From the NCBI GenBank assembly GCA_965230515.1, contig OZ246007.1, positions 1,991,337 through 2,055,336 on the forward strand: a stretch of 64,000 nucleotides of DNA, given 5' to 3'. The notes beneath the pieces are model-generated. The model was given only the letters and a program-made list of their open reading frames with translations. It searched no databases and had not been told where the DNA came from. The translations under genes were made by a program, and so were the position numbers. Of the stretch, positions 10,285 through 16,876 are shown piece by piece (the first letter of the stretch is position 1; every line of letters begins with the position of its first letter). This DNA comes from Pseudomonadales bacterium (GTDB taxonomy: Bacteria; Pseudomonadota; Gammaproteobacteria; Pseudomonadales; IMCC2047).

Positions 10285-10631
10285 ACGTCCTCCTCTATTT
10301 TTGTCACTAGTTCAGACACCTGGTGGGCAACTCCAACCGCATCTTCTACATCTATTTGGATAGCAATACCGGTTCCGGGGGATTGATCGAAATTTCCAGC
10401 ACGTTCGATCTCTTCCAAAATATGCCTACATAAATGCTCTTCAACTAAAAACAGTGCCACGTCGCGTTGCCCCTCCAAGGTTAAACCCAAAAAGGTCTTA
10501 GTCTGTTTTAGGCCTTCGCCACGCGCATTATTAATGATAGTAGAGCCAGTCGCGCCTGCTGCTCTCGCAGCATCCATGATGGCGTCCGTTTTGGCGTCAT
10601 CGACAAACGCAATAATCAATTTAAAGTGCAT
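10281..10631 (-). CDS. PII-like signal-transduction protein (116 aa)
   Basis: MHFKLIIAFVDD...ATGSTIINNARGEGLKQTKTFLG... parallels the GlnB beta-alpha-beta core and T-loop. The ATG at 10631 has a GGGAGAA RBS and overlaps the stop of the upstream membrane gene. The longer track ORF (to 10730) runs inside that gene. Confidence 0.75.
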   Translation of the reverse strand: MHFKLIIAFVDDAKTDAIMDAARAAGATGSTIINNARGEGLKQTKTFLGLTLEGQRDVALFLVEEHLCRHILEEIERAGNFDQSPGTGIAIQIDVEDAVGVAHQVSELVTKIEEDV

Positions 10632-11460
10632 TAGGGTTCTCCCTCTTTGAGCGTAGGGTATTCGTTGTGTCAGTTTTATCGGCCACCTTAGACTCTTTCC
10701 GTGAAGAGCGAAATTCCGCAAGTTGCGCATAAGCCATTACAGTGATCATTGGAAATAAGCTTGCAAAAGCAATTAAGCCGAAACCATCGAGAAGTGGGCT
10801 GCGACCCGGCACGGTTTCGGCCAAGCCAAGGCCTAGTGCAGCTACTAAAGGCACAGTTACCGTGGATGTTGTCACACCGCCAGAGTCGTAAGCCAGCGGA
10901 ACGATCAGCTTCGGTGCAAAGAATGTTTGTATCACGACAAAGACATAGCCGGTAATTATAAAATAGTGAATCGGTGTGCCAACAATAATTCGATAGGTGC
11001 CCAATGTAATGCCAATAGCTACGCCAAGCGCAACGGCAATGCGTAAGCCCCATATACCAATAGCACCACCAGAAACCTCGTTGGCCTTAATGGCAACAGC
11101 AATGAGAGAGGGCTCTGCAATAGTGGTACTAAATCCTATTGAGAAGGCAAACACATAAACCCACTTGTAGTCTTGCCAGCGTAACACGGCTTCGGCATTC
11201 GCGAGCCCCTGTGCGATAAATGCTGGGTTGGTGAGCTGTTCCGCCATCAAGCGCCCCAAGGGAAACAGGGCCTTTTCCAGACCCAGCAGGAATAACGCCA
11301 ACCCGACCAAGACATAGAAAAAGCCGATTAGCACCTTTCCCATATTAGGTATCGGTTTACGAATGATAATAAACTGAAAGCCGAAAAGAATTGCTGCAAT
11401 CGGGATGACATCTTTTATCGTGGTCAAAAACGTGCTGATAAATGCGCTGAATAGTTCCAT
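10621..11460 (-). CDS. DUF1538-like polytopic membrane protein (paralogue 2)
   Basis: 279 aa, multi-TM. Shares the motifs [40 protein letters not shown] and [11 protein letters not shown] with the adjacent paralogue. Family name is from memory of DUF1538 sequences. Confidence 0.7.
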   Translation of the reverse strand: MELFSAFISTFLTTIKDVIPIAAILFGFQFIIIRKPIPNMGKVLIGFFYVLVGLALFLLGLEKALFPLGRLMAEQLTNPAFIAQGLANAEAVLRWQDYKWVYVFAFSIGFSTTIAEPSLIAVAIKANEVSGGAIGIWGLRIAVALGVAIGITLGTYRIIVGTPIHYFIITGYVFVVIQTFFAPKLIVPLAYDSGGVTTSTVTVPLVAALGLGLAETVPGRSPLLDGFGLIAFASLFPMITVMAYAQLAEFRSSRKESKVADKTDTTNTLRSKRENPNAL

Positions 11461-11473
11461 TAAGGCCGCCCTG

Positions 11474-12208
11474 CTAGAACAACATGCCGTAGCCCATGAC
11501 GAAGATCATGGGGGTTAGCGACGCAAAAGCAATTAAACCAAAACCGTCTATCATGGGATTTCGGCCTTTAATGGCAGAGGCTAAACCCACCCCCAAGGCT
11601 GTGACCAAAGGAACGGTAATAGTGGAAGTGGTGACCCCGCCGCTGTCATAGGCAATACCGATAATCTCCTTAGGTGCCAGCATGGTCATAATAACCACCA
11701 GGATATAGCCGCCAATAATAATAAAGTGAATGGGCCACCCTTTTAGGATACGTATAACCCCTAATACAATCGCCAGGCCCACCGAAAATGCAACGGTCAT
11801 GCGCAGACCAAAGGCGTAATCAGCAATAGCTGCATCATCAGTCGAGATAACGCCACCTTCAGCAGCGATAACAGCAGCCTCCTTAGCAACTGCTATCAGC
11901 GCAGGTTCAGCAACAGTGGTGCCAAAACCCAGCGCAAAAGCGAAACAAATCAACCAGAATACGCTGCCTTTTCGCGCAAACGCATTGGCCATTGACTCAC
12001 CGATCGGAAACAAGCCGGTTTCAAGGCCGAAAATAAAAAATGTTAACCCGAAGACGACAAAAACCAACCCAATCGCAAGTTCCACAGCGTTAGGCAGGGG
12101 TTGCTGTAGAACGGCCAGTTGAAAAAACAACACCACCGCCACAACTGGCGCAAGATCACGCAAACTACCTAGAGAAATTTTAAGAAATGAAAATAGAACA
12201 CTGTCCAT
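11474..12208 (-). CDS. DUF1538-like polytopic membrane protein (paralogue 1)
   Basis: 244 aa, multi-TM, with motifs [40 protein letters not shown] and [11 protein letters not shown]. First gene of the operon. Confidence 0.7.
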   Translation of the reverse strand: MDSVLFSFLKISLGSLRDLAPVVAVVLFFQLAVLQQPLPNAVELAIGLVFVVFGLTFFIFGLETGLFPIGESMANAFARKGSVFWLICFAFALGFGTTVAEPALIAVAKEAAVIAAEGGVISTDDAAIADYAFGLRMTVAFSVGLAIVLGVIRILKGWPIHFIIIGGYILVVIMTMLAPKEIIGIAYDSGGVTTSTITVPLVTALGVGLASAIKGRNPMIDGFGLIAFASLTPMIFVMGYGMLF

Positions 12209-12309
12209 CCTTTAATTATAGCCGCTTAATTAAGGGACGAGCGGCTTTTCTAAATTTTGAATCATAAATTTTGGACACCCACCTAAATTTTGGACACCCA
12301 CAAATCAGA

Positions 12310-12338
12310 TTGACGCAGTGCACTTCGCTCAATAGAAT
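12310..12338 (+). promoter_or_regulatory. Sigma70-like promoter copy 1 (TTGACG-N17-TAGAAT)
   Basis: Hexamers at 12310-12315 and 12333-12338 with a 17-nt spacer counted by hand. Confidence 0.45.
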
Positions 12339-12392
12339 GGTGTACATTAAATTTTGGACACCCATGTAAATTTTGGACACCCATAAATTAAA

Positions 12393-12421
12393 TTGACCCA
12401 TTACGATTCACTCAATAAAAT
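12393..12421 (+). promoter_or_regulatory. Sigma70-like promoter copy 2 (TTGACC-N17-TAAAAT)
   Basis: Hexamers at 12393-12398 and 12416-12421 with a 17-nt spacer. Followed by a copy of the leader and RBS that ends in ATA instead of ATG. Confidence 0.45.
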
Positions 12422-12529
12422 GGTTTACATCACTCGCTAATGCAAAGGATTGCACCATAAATTTTGGACACCCACAAATCAGATTGACAGCATTAGGTAG
12501 TAGTAAATTTTGGACACCCATAAATCAGA

Positions 12530-12558
12530 TTGACGCAGTGCACTTCGCCCAATAAAAT
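12530..12558 (+). promoter_or_regulatory. Sigma70-like promoter copy 3 (TTGACG-N17-TAAAAT), proximal to the transposase gene
   Basis: Hexamers at 12530-12535 and 12553-12558 with a 17-nt spacer. An AAGGA RBS lies 7 nt before the ATG at 12594. Confidence 0.55.
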
Positions 12559-12593
12559 GGTATACATCACTCGCTATTGCAAAGGATTGCACC

Positions 12594-13604
12594 ATGCCCA
12601 GACCCAGGAAGTCGTTGATTTCGCTCGATACCACCCCCTACTATCATTGTGTCTCACGTTGTGTCCGCCGCGCGTTTCTGTGCGGGGAAGATTCCATTTC
12701 AGGAACTAACTACGAGCACCGTCGTGGCTGGATTCAATCACGCTTGCTGGAGCTGGCCGAGCTGTTCGCCATTGATATCGCGGCCTATGCCATCATGAGC
12801 AATCATTACCATCTGGTCCTGCATATTGATCGGCAGACGGCGGATGGCTGGTCTGACCGGGAGGTGGTGGAGCGCTGGCACCGCTTGTTTCGCGGGTCTG
12901 CACTATCACAACGTTTTGCCCGGGGACAATCTTTGGGCCAGGCAGAATCGACGGTACTACAATCACAAGTCTCGATGTGGCGCGAGCGGCTGACCTCCAT
13001 CAGCTGGTTTATGCGCTGCCTGAATGAGCCGATCGCTCGCCAGGCGAATCGGGAGGATAAGGCTTCCGGGCGATTCTGGGAGGGGCGCTTCAAGAGTCAG
13101 GCGCTGTTGGATGAAGCCGCCCTGGCGGCCTGCATGGCTTATGTTGATCTCAATCCTGTTCGTGCCAAAATGGCAGAAACGCCTGAGGCATCCGCTTATA
13201 CATCAATTCGTCAGCGCATCCATCAGATACAGCAGACAAGGAGCACACACTCTCCCAACAACCCAACCGCACAACCCGGTAATCTGCTCCCCTTTGCGGG
13301 TTACCCGCACGCAGAGATGCCCAAGGGTTTACCCTTTCTCCTTACCGACTATCTCGAGTTGGTGGACTGGACTGGCAGGCAATTGCGTGAGGATAAACGT
13401 GGGGCCATTGCAGAACATCTTCCGGAGATACTGCCAAGATTACAGCTCGACCAAAAGCACTGGCTTTATCTCACCCAACATTTTGAGAGCCCGTTCAGGC
13501 AACTGATTGGGCAAGCCCATCATGTTCGTCAGGCCTGTGAAGCATTAGGCCAGCACTGGGCTCAGGGTGTTCGACACTGTGAGCGATTGTTTTCCAGCGG
13601 GTAG
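12594..13604 (+). CDS. RAYT-like HUH/Y1 transposase (IS200/IS605 TnpA superfamily, long form)
   Basis: 336 aa with the HUH motif in AIMSNHYHLVLHI, RFWEGRFKSQALLDE, and the tyrosine motif in CMAYVDLNPVRAKMA. Flanked by TGGACACCC-core repeats in inverted orientation. Confidence 0.8.
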   Translation: MPRPRKSLISLDTTPYYHCVSRCVRRAFLCGEDSISGTNYEHRRGWIQSRLLELAELFAIDIAAYAIMSNHYHLVLHIDRQTADGWSDREVVERWHRLFRGSALSQRFARGQSLGQAESTVLQSQVSMWRERLTSISWFMRCLNEPIARQANREDKASGRFWEGRFKSQALLDEAALAACMAYVDLNPVRAKMAETPEASAYTSIRQRIHQIQQTRSTHSPNNPTAQPGNLLPFAGYPHAEMPKGLPFLLTDYLELVDWTGRQLREDKRGAIAEHLPEILPRLQLDQKHWLYLTQHFESPFRQLIGQAHHVRQACEALGQHWAQGVRHCERLFSSG

Positions 13605-13749
13605 CTATAAACCACACTCATTCAACACCACCCCAATATTCACATGCATGACTCGGTGCAGGATATCCTTCGACTTGAAATTGTAACTTTAACGCGAATC
13701 CTAGTGTTTTCAGCCATTCACACCAACGATACCCGATAAACCAAAGCTC

Positions 13750-13790
13750 AAAACCCAATACCACTCGACACCTTCGCTATATCGGGTTTT
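13750..13790. other. Imperfect hairpin AAAACCCAATA-N19-TATCGGGTTTT
   Basis: Arms at 13750-13760 and 13780-13790, 10 of 11 complementary. Followed by AGTTTTT on the plus strand. Could be the terminator of the transposase gene, of cassette 2, or an attC remnant. Confidence 0.3.
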
Positions 13791-13801
13791 AGTTTTTAAT
13801 T

Positions 13802-13811
13802 GGTGGGTGTC
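13802..13811 (-). repeat. Inverted copy of the GACACCCACC core
   Basis: GGTGGGTGTC is the reverse complement of GACACCCACC at 12274-12283 (and 6841-6849). Lies 15 nt beyond the cassette-2 stop. Confidence 0.7.
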
Positions 13812-13825
13812 TATTATTTGTAAGA

Positions 13826-14302
13826 TTACTGTACTTGCAGATTTCTACCATTCACATCCCGACAGATCTCATTAAGAGCGATTTTAAATTCTTCTCCGTG
13901 ACCTAAGAAGGTACTTTCTCCAGATAGAAGATTCTCAATTTCTGTTTTAAATGCAGGCATTCTCAAGGCGCTTTTTACACCATTTAGGTAATTGGTTTCC
14001 CACAGTGTTCGTAACGTTTTATCCCCTTTCGTACACATAAACCATTCATCAAAAACCAAGTACCAGTACATTGTTAGGAGTCTTGCATCATCAGGCGTTT
14101 GTGGCGACCAATTTTCTGAATTTACGCTAGAGGGCAATTCTTTTTGTATCGCCCGCATCTCAGCTTGAAATTTAGAGTGAATATCCATTTGTCGTATGTT
14201 GTTGTCTCTGGATACAACTCTGTAGGAAATTAGTACGGCCACACAGGCTGTAATCGCACTTACTACAGAAGAGATCATTGCAATGACATTTATCCAATTC
14301 AC
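13826..14302 (-). CDS. Integron cassette 2 ORF: unknown protein with an N-terminal TM helix
   Basis: 158 aa. GTG start with a GAGGA RBS 7 nt upstream. One TM helix (INVIAMISSVVSAITACVAVLISY), then a ~125-aa W/F/Y-rich soluble part. I recognise no family. Confidence 0.6.
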   Translation of the reverse strand: MNWINVIAMISSVVSAITACVAVLISYRVVSRDNNIRQMDIHSKFQAEMRAIQKELPSSVNSENWSPQTPDDARLLTMYWYLVFDEWFMCTKGDKTLRTLWETNYLNGVKSALRMPAFKTEIENLLSGESTFLGHGEEFKIALNEICRDVNGRNLQVQ

Positions 14303-14327
14303 AATTCGATCCTCAAATTTGTAGGTA

Positions 14328-14402
14328 ATCTAACGCTTACAACAGGGGCGCCGACGAAGACGGCGTCCCAGCCCGTAGGGCGATTTGCTTGTTTTTGTTA
14401 TG
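14328..14402 (-). other. attC-like recombination site of cassette 1
   Basis: Minus strand reads ATAACAAAAACAAGCAAATCGCCCTACGGGCTGGGACGCCGTCTTCGTCGGCGCCCCTGTTGTAAGCGTTAGAT. TAAC pairs with GTTA and ACAA with TTGT. The central imperfect stem GGGACGCCG/CGGCGCCCC has an unpaired base. The 3-prime core GTTAGAT fits GTTRRRY. Confidence 0.6.
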
Positions 14403-14826
14403 ACGGATTGCGTTGGCACAATAGTTCATATAGTTGCTCTTGTGATTCATTGGCCACCAAGTCTAAATTGATTCGTAAAAACTGAAGTTTGGACTTGTTT
14501 AAATAAACTATATTTCCTTTTCTTTTCATAAAGGTAATATCTTTGAATTCGATGACATTTTTCTTTTGAAAGGGCATAAATACCTGAACTTCTTCGTCAC
14601 CAACTATGACGACGGTTTTTATAGAAAAATTGTTGACCGATTTAATAAAAAGAACGCCTAACGCTGCAACAGGAATTACAACTAATAAAGTAATTGGAAA
14701 TGTATTAGAAGGAGTAAGTATTCCCTCAATTATTAGATAACCAAGTAATACAAATGGGCAAAGAAGGATAAAGATTCCGTTGAATCTCATTTTCTTCTCA
14801 TACTCTTTGTTTCCAAAAAATTCCAT
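14398..14826 (-). CDS. Integron cassette 1 ORF: unknown two-TM protein
   Basis: 142 aa with a GAGGA RBS 8 nt upstream of the ATG. Two TM helices, then a ~75-aa beta-rich C-terminal part. The architecture resembles membrane-anchored bacterial PH-like proteins, but this is unverified. Confidence 0.6.
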   Translation of the reverse strand: MEFFGNKEYEKKMRFNGIFILLCPFVLLGYLIIEGILTPSNTFPITLLVVIPVAALGVLFIKSVNNFSIKTVVIVGDEEVQVFMPFQKKNVIEFKDITFMKRKGNIVYLNKSKLQFLRINLDLVANESQEQLYELLCQRNPS

Positions 14827-14835
14827 TTAGTTAAT

Positions 14836-14874
14836 CCTCATAACAGTACGTTTATGAGGCCATCGGCCTCATAA
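14836..14874 (-). other. attI-candidate repeats (GTTATGAGG and a perfect 10-bp hairpin)
   Basis: Minus strand reads TTATGAGGCC-GAT-GGCCTCATAA (14852-14874), then ACGTACTGTTATGAGG (14836-14851). TTATGAGG occurs twice as a direct repeat plus once inverted. The GTTATG core resembles integrase-binding repeats of attI sites. Confidence 0.35.
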
Positions 14875-15029
14875 TAATTATTATCGGGCCGCCACATAAT
14901 TTTTCTTGATATTGATTCAAGATCTACAACCCATTGAAATATAAAAATTAATAAAAGACTTATCGACCACCGAATCTATTATCGAGCCGTTTTTTACCTG
15001 AAAAGCGTTGACTTTTTCAAAAATAAATA

Positions 15030-15049
15030 TACTGTTTGTTTGTACAGTA
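15030..15049 (+). promoter_or_regulatory. LexA (SOS) box upstream of intI
   Basis: TACTGT-TTGTTTGT-ACAGTA is an exact CTGT-N8-ACAG with consensus TA flanks. It lies 22 nt upstream of the intI ATG and overlaps a TATACT hexamer. Confidence 0.8.
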
Positions 15050-15071
15050 ATTTTAAGAAAGGGAGTTCTTA

Positions 15072-16040
15072 ATGCCATCTTCGCCATTCCTTCGGTCAAT
15101 TCAGGATTACATGCGGGTTCGCAATTATAGCCCCAGAACCATCAAATCCTATTTATATTGGATAAAGTATTACATCATTTTCCATAGAAAAAAACACCCA
15201 AATGATCTTTTGGCGTCTGATGTTGAAGCGTTTTTAACCTATCTCGCAGTCCACCGAAAAGTATCAGCCGCCACTCAGGCAATTGCACTTAACGCATTGG
15301 TATTTCTTTATAATCATATTATTCAAAAGCCGGTCGGAGATATGGGTCAGTTTCGTCGAGCCGCCAGGCAGCGCAAATTACCCGTTGTTCTGAATAAGGC
15401 TGAGGTTCGTGCCTTAATGGCACAATTATCGGGTAACCGATTATTGATGGCGTCGTTACTTTACGGTTCGGGCCTGCGGCGAATAGAAATGGCAAGACTG
15501 AGAGTTAAGGATGTCGATCTGGATCATATGCAGTTACAGATTTGGAACGGTAAGGGTTGCAAGCACCGTCTGGTAACCTTGGCACCAGAGCTCGTTGGTC
15601 CGATAAAGACGCAAATCGTTAAAGTGAAAAGATTATTGGAAAAGGATTGCCTGACTCCGGACTATGCTGGTGTGTGGATGCCCAATGCGCTTGCAAAAAA
15701 ATACCCCGCTGCCAATAAAGAGCTGGGCTGGCAATACCTTTTTCCATCAACCCGGCTCAGCCTTGAGCCTGGAACATCCTGTTTGCGCCGTCACCACATC
15801 GATGAATCTACAATTAATAAAATGATTCGCAAGGCAAAACAAAACGCTGGTATTTCCAAAGAGGTCACCAGCCACACATTGCGCCATTCTTTTGCCACGC
15901 ACCTTTTACAGGCCGGTGCTGATATTCGTACGGTTCAGGAACAGTTAGGCCACACTGACGTCAAGACAACTGAAATCTACACGCACGTACTTAAGAGGGG
16001 CGCACATGGCGTGCGCAGCCCGCTATCCGATTTGCTTTAA
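15072..16040 (+). CDS. intI: Integron integrase
   Basis: 322-aa tyrosine recombinase with the IntI-specific extra segment (ALAKKYPAANKELGWQYLFPS ... LRRHHIDEST). Also has HTLRHSFATHLL, LGHTDVKTTEIYTHV and the C-terminal GVRSPLSDLL typical of IntI proteins. Confidence 0.95.
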   Translation: MPSSPFLRSIQDYMRVRNYSPRTIKSYLYWIKYYIIFHRKKHPNDLLASDVEAFLTYLAVHRKVSAATQAIALNALVFLYNHIIQKPVGDMGQFRRAARQRKLPVVLNKAEVRALMAQLSGNRLLMASLLYGSGLRRIEMARLRVKDVDLDHMQLQIWNGKGCKHRLVTLAPELVGPIKTQIVKVKRLLEKDCLTPDYAGVWMPNALAKKYPAANKELGWQYLFPSTRLSLEPGTSCLRRHHIDESTINKMIRKAKQNAGISKEVTSHTLRHSFATHLLQAGADIRTVQEQLGHTDVKTTEIYTHVLKRGAHGVRSPLSDLL

Positions 16041-16047
16041 AGCTGGA

Positions 16048-16824
16048 TTACCTCGGTTGCATCCTCAATGCGCCATCAAGACGAACGGTTTCACCATTGA
16101 GGTAAGCGTTTTCCGCCATATGAACCACCAGACGGGCGAACTCATCGGGCATACCGAACCGCTTGGGGAATTGCACATTGGCGACCAAGCTTTCCTGCAC
16201 TTTATCGGGCATCGCCAGCAGCATGGGTGTGCCCATGATCCCCGGCGCGATGGTGTTTACGCGGATACCGAGGGGAGCCAGATCCCGGGCCATCGGCAAA
16301 CCCAGCCCAACAATACCGGCCTTACTGGCCGCATAGGCGCACTGACCGATCTGACCTTCATAGGCCGCTACCGATGCGGTGTTTACTATAAGGCCGCGCT
16401 CGCCCGCTTCGCCCATCGGTTCATTGTTGGCAAACTGCTGTGCAACCAGACGCGCCAGGTTAAAACTACCGATCAGGTTAATTTCGATCACTTTGCTGAA
16501 ATCTTCAAGCGGCATCGCCTGCTGTTCCCGATCCAGTATTTTCTTGGCGGGGGCGATCCCGGCGCAGTTAACACACAGATGAATTGCACCAAATTTTTCG
16601 ATCGTCTGATCAATTCCCTGCTGTACCGAGCCACTATCGGTGACATTCACCTCGACAAAGATTGCTGCCTGCGATCCAAGTTCTGATACAAATTGCTCAC
16701 CCGCCTCACGGTTCATGTCAAAAATTGCAACGCGCATTCCTTCCTCGGCCAGTCGCTCCGCGGTCGCTCTGCCGAGCCCGGATGCGCCGCCGGTAATAAT
16801 CGCTACTTTATCTTTAATCTCCAT
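16048..16824 (-). CDS. SDR-type 3-hydroxyacyl-CoA dehydrogenase (HSD10 / 3-hydroxy-2-methylbutyryl-CoA dehydrogenase-like)
   Basis: 258 aa with TGGASGLGRATA, NTASVAAYEGQIGQCAYAASKAG (YxxxK) and the C-terminal NGETVRLDGALRM typical of type-2 HADH. Confidence 0.8.
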   Translation of the reverse strand: MEIKDKVAIITGGASGLGRATAERLAEEGMRVAIFDMNREAGEQFVSELGSQAAIFVEVNVTDSGSVQQGIDQTIEKFGAIHLCVNCAGIAPAKKILDREQQAMPLEDFSKVIEINLIGSFNLARLVAQQFANNEPMGEAGERGLIVNTASVAAYEGQIGQCAYAASKAGIVGLGLPMARDLAPLGIRVNTIAPGIMGTPMLLAMPDKVQESLVANVQFPKRFGMPDEFARLVVHMAENAYLNGETVRLDGALRMQPR

Positions 16825-16876
16825 TATTGCCTCTTGGTTAAATTGTGTTGTTGAATTTTTGTTTCATCAATCGGGG

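Larger units (their letters stand above)
12250..12593 (+). repeat. Array of six AAATTTTGGACACCCA 16-mers interleaved with three copies of a promoter/leader unit
   Basis: Identical 16-mers start at 12266, 12285, 12349, 12368, 12459 and 12505. Long units at 12301-12347, 12384-12458 and 12521-12593 are about 85-95 percent alike by eye. Confidence 0.9.
13826..16040. mobile_element. Small chromosomal integron (intI, attI region, two cassettes)
   Basis: An IntI-type integrase is divergent from two short, AT-rich, same-strand ORFs separated by an attC-like imperfect palindrome that ends in a GTTRRRY core. Confidence 0.8.

Noticed and set aside
10688-11053. 121-aa alternative-frame ORF inside the DUF1538-like gene. 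The 160-aa ORF at 13024-13506 inside the transposase gene is similar.
   Set aside because: These are same-strand out-of-frame ORFs nested in well-supported genes. The products are Cys/Arg/Trp-rich with no features.
12216-12401. 61-aa minus-strand ORF in the 16-mer array. A 74-aa ORF at 6867-7091 is analogous.
   Set aside because: The peptides are translations of the DNA repeats themselves (recurring WVSKIY / CPKFR / KWV strings). The repeats are better explained at the DNA level.
12266-12520. Possible CRISPR array, given six identical 16-mers
   Set aside because: The repeat is only 16 nt. Start-to-start spacing is irregular (19, 64, 19, 91, 46 nt). The intervening spacers are themselves repeated units. 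There are no cas genes.
15008-15033. TTGACT and TATACT hexamers as the intI promoter
   Set aside because: The hexamers are good, but by my count the spacer is only 14 nt, so I do not call this a promoter. The LexA box call does not depend on it.
14917-15099. 60-aa minus-strand ORF between cassette 1 and intI
   Set aside because: It overlaps the intI start codon and the LexA box, lies in the attI/promoter region, and has no RBS.
16006-16686. 226-aa plus-strand ORF starting inside the 3-prime end of intI and running through the SDR gene in antisense
   Set aside because: It overlaps two well-supported genes and has no RBS or motifs. It is an artefact of an open antisense frame.
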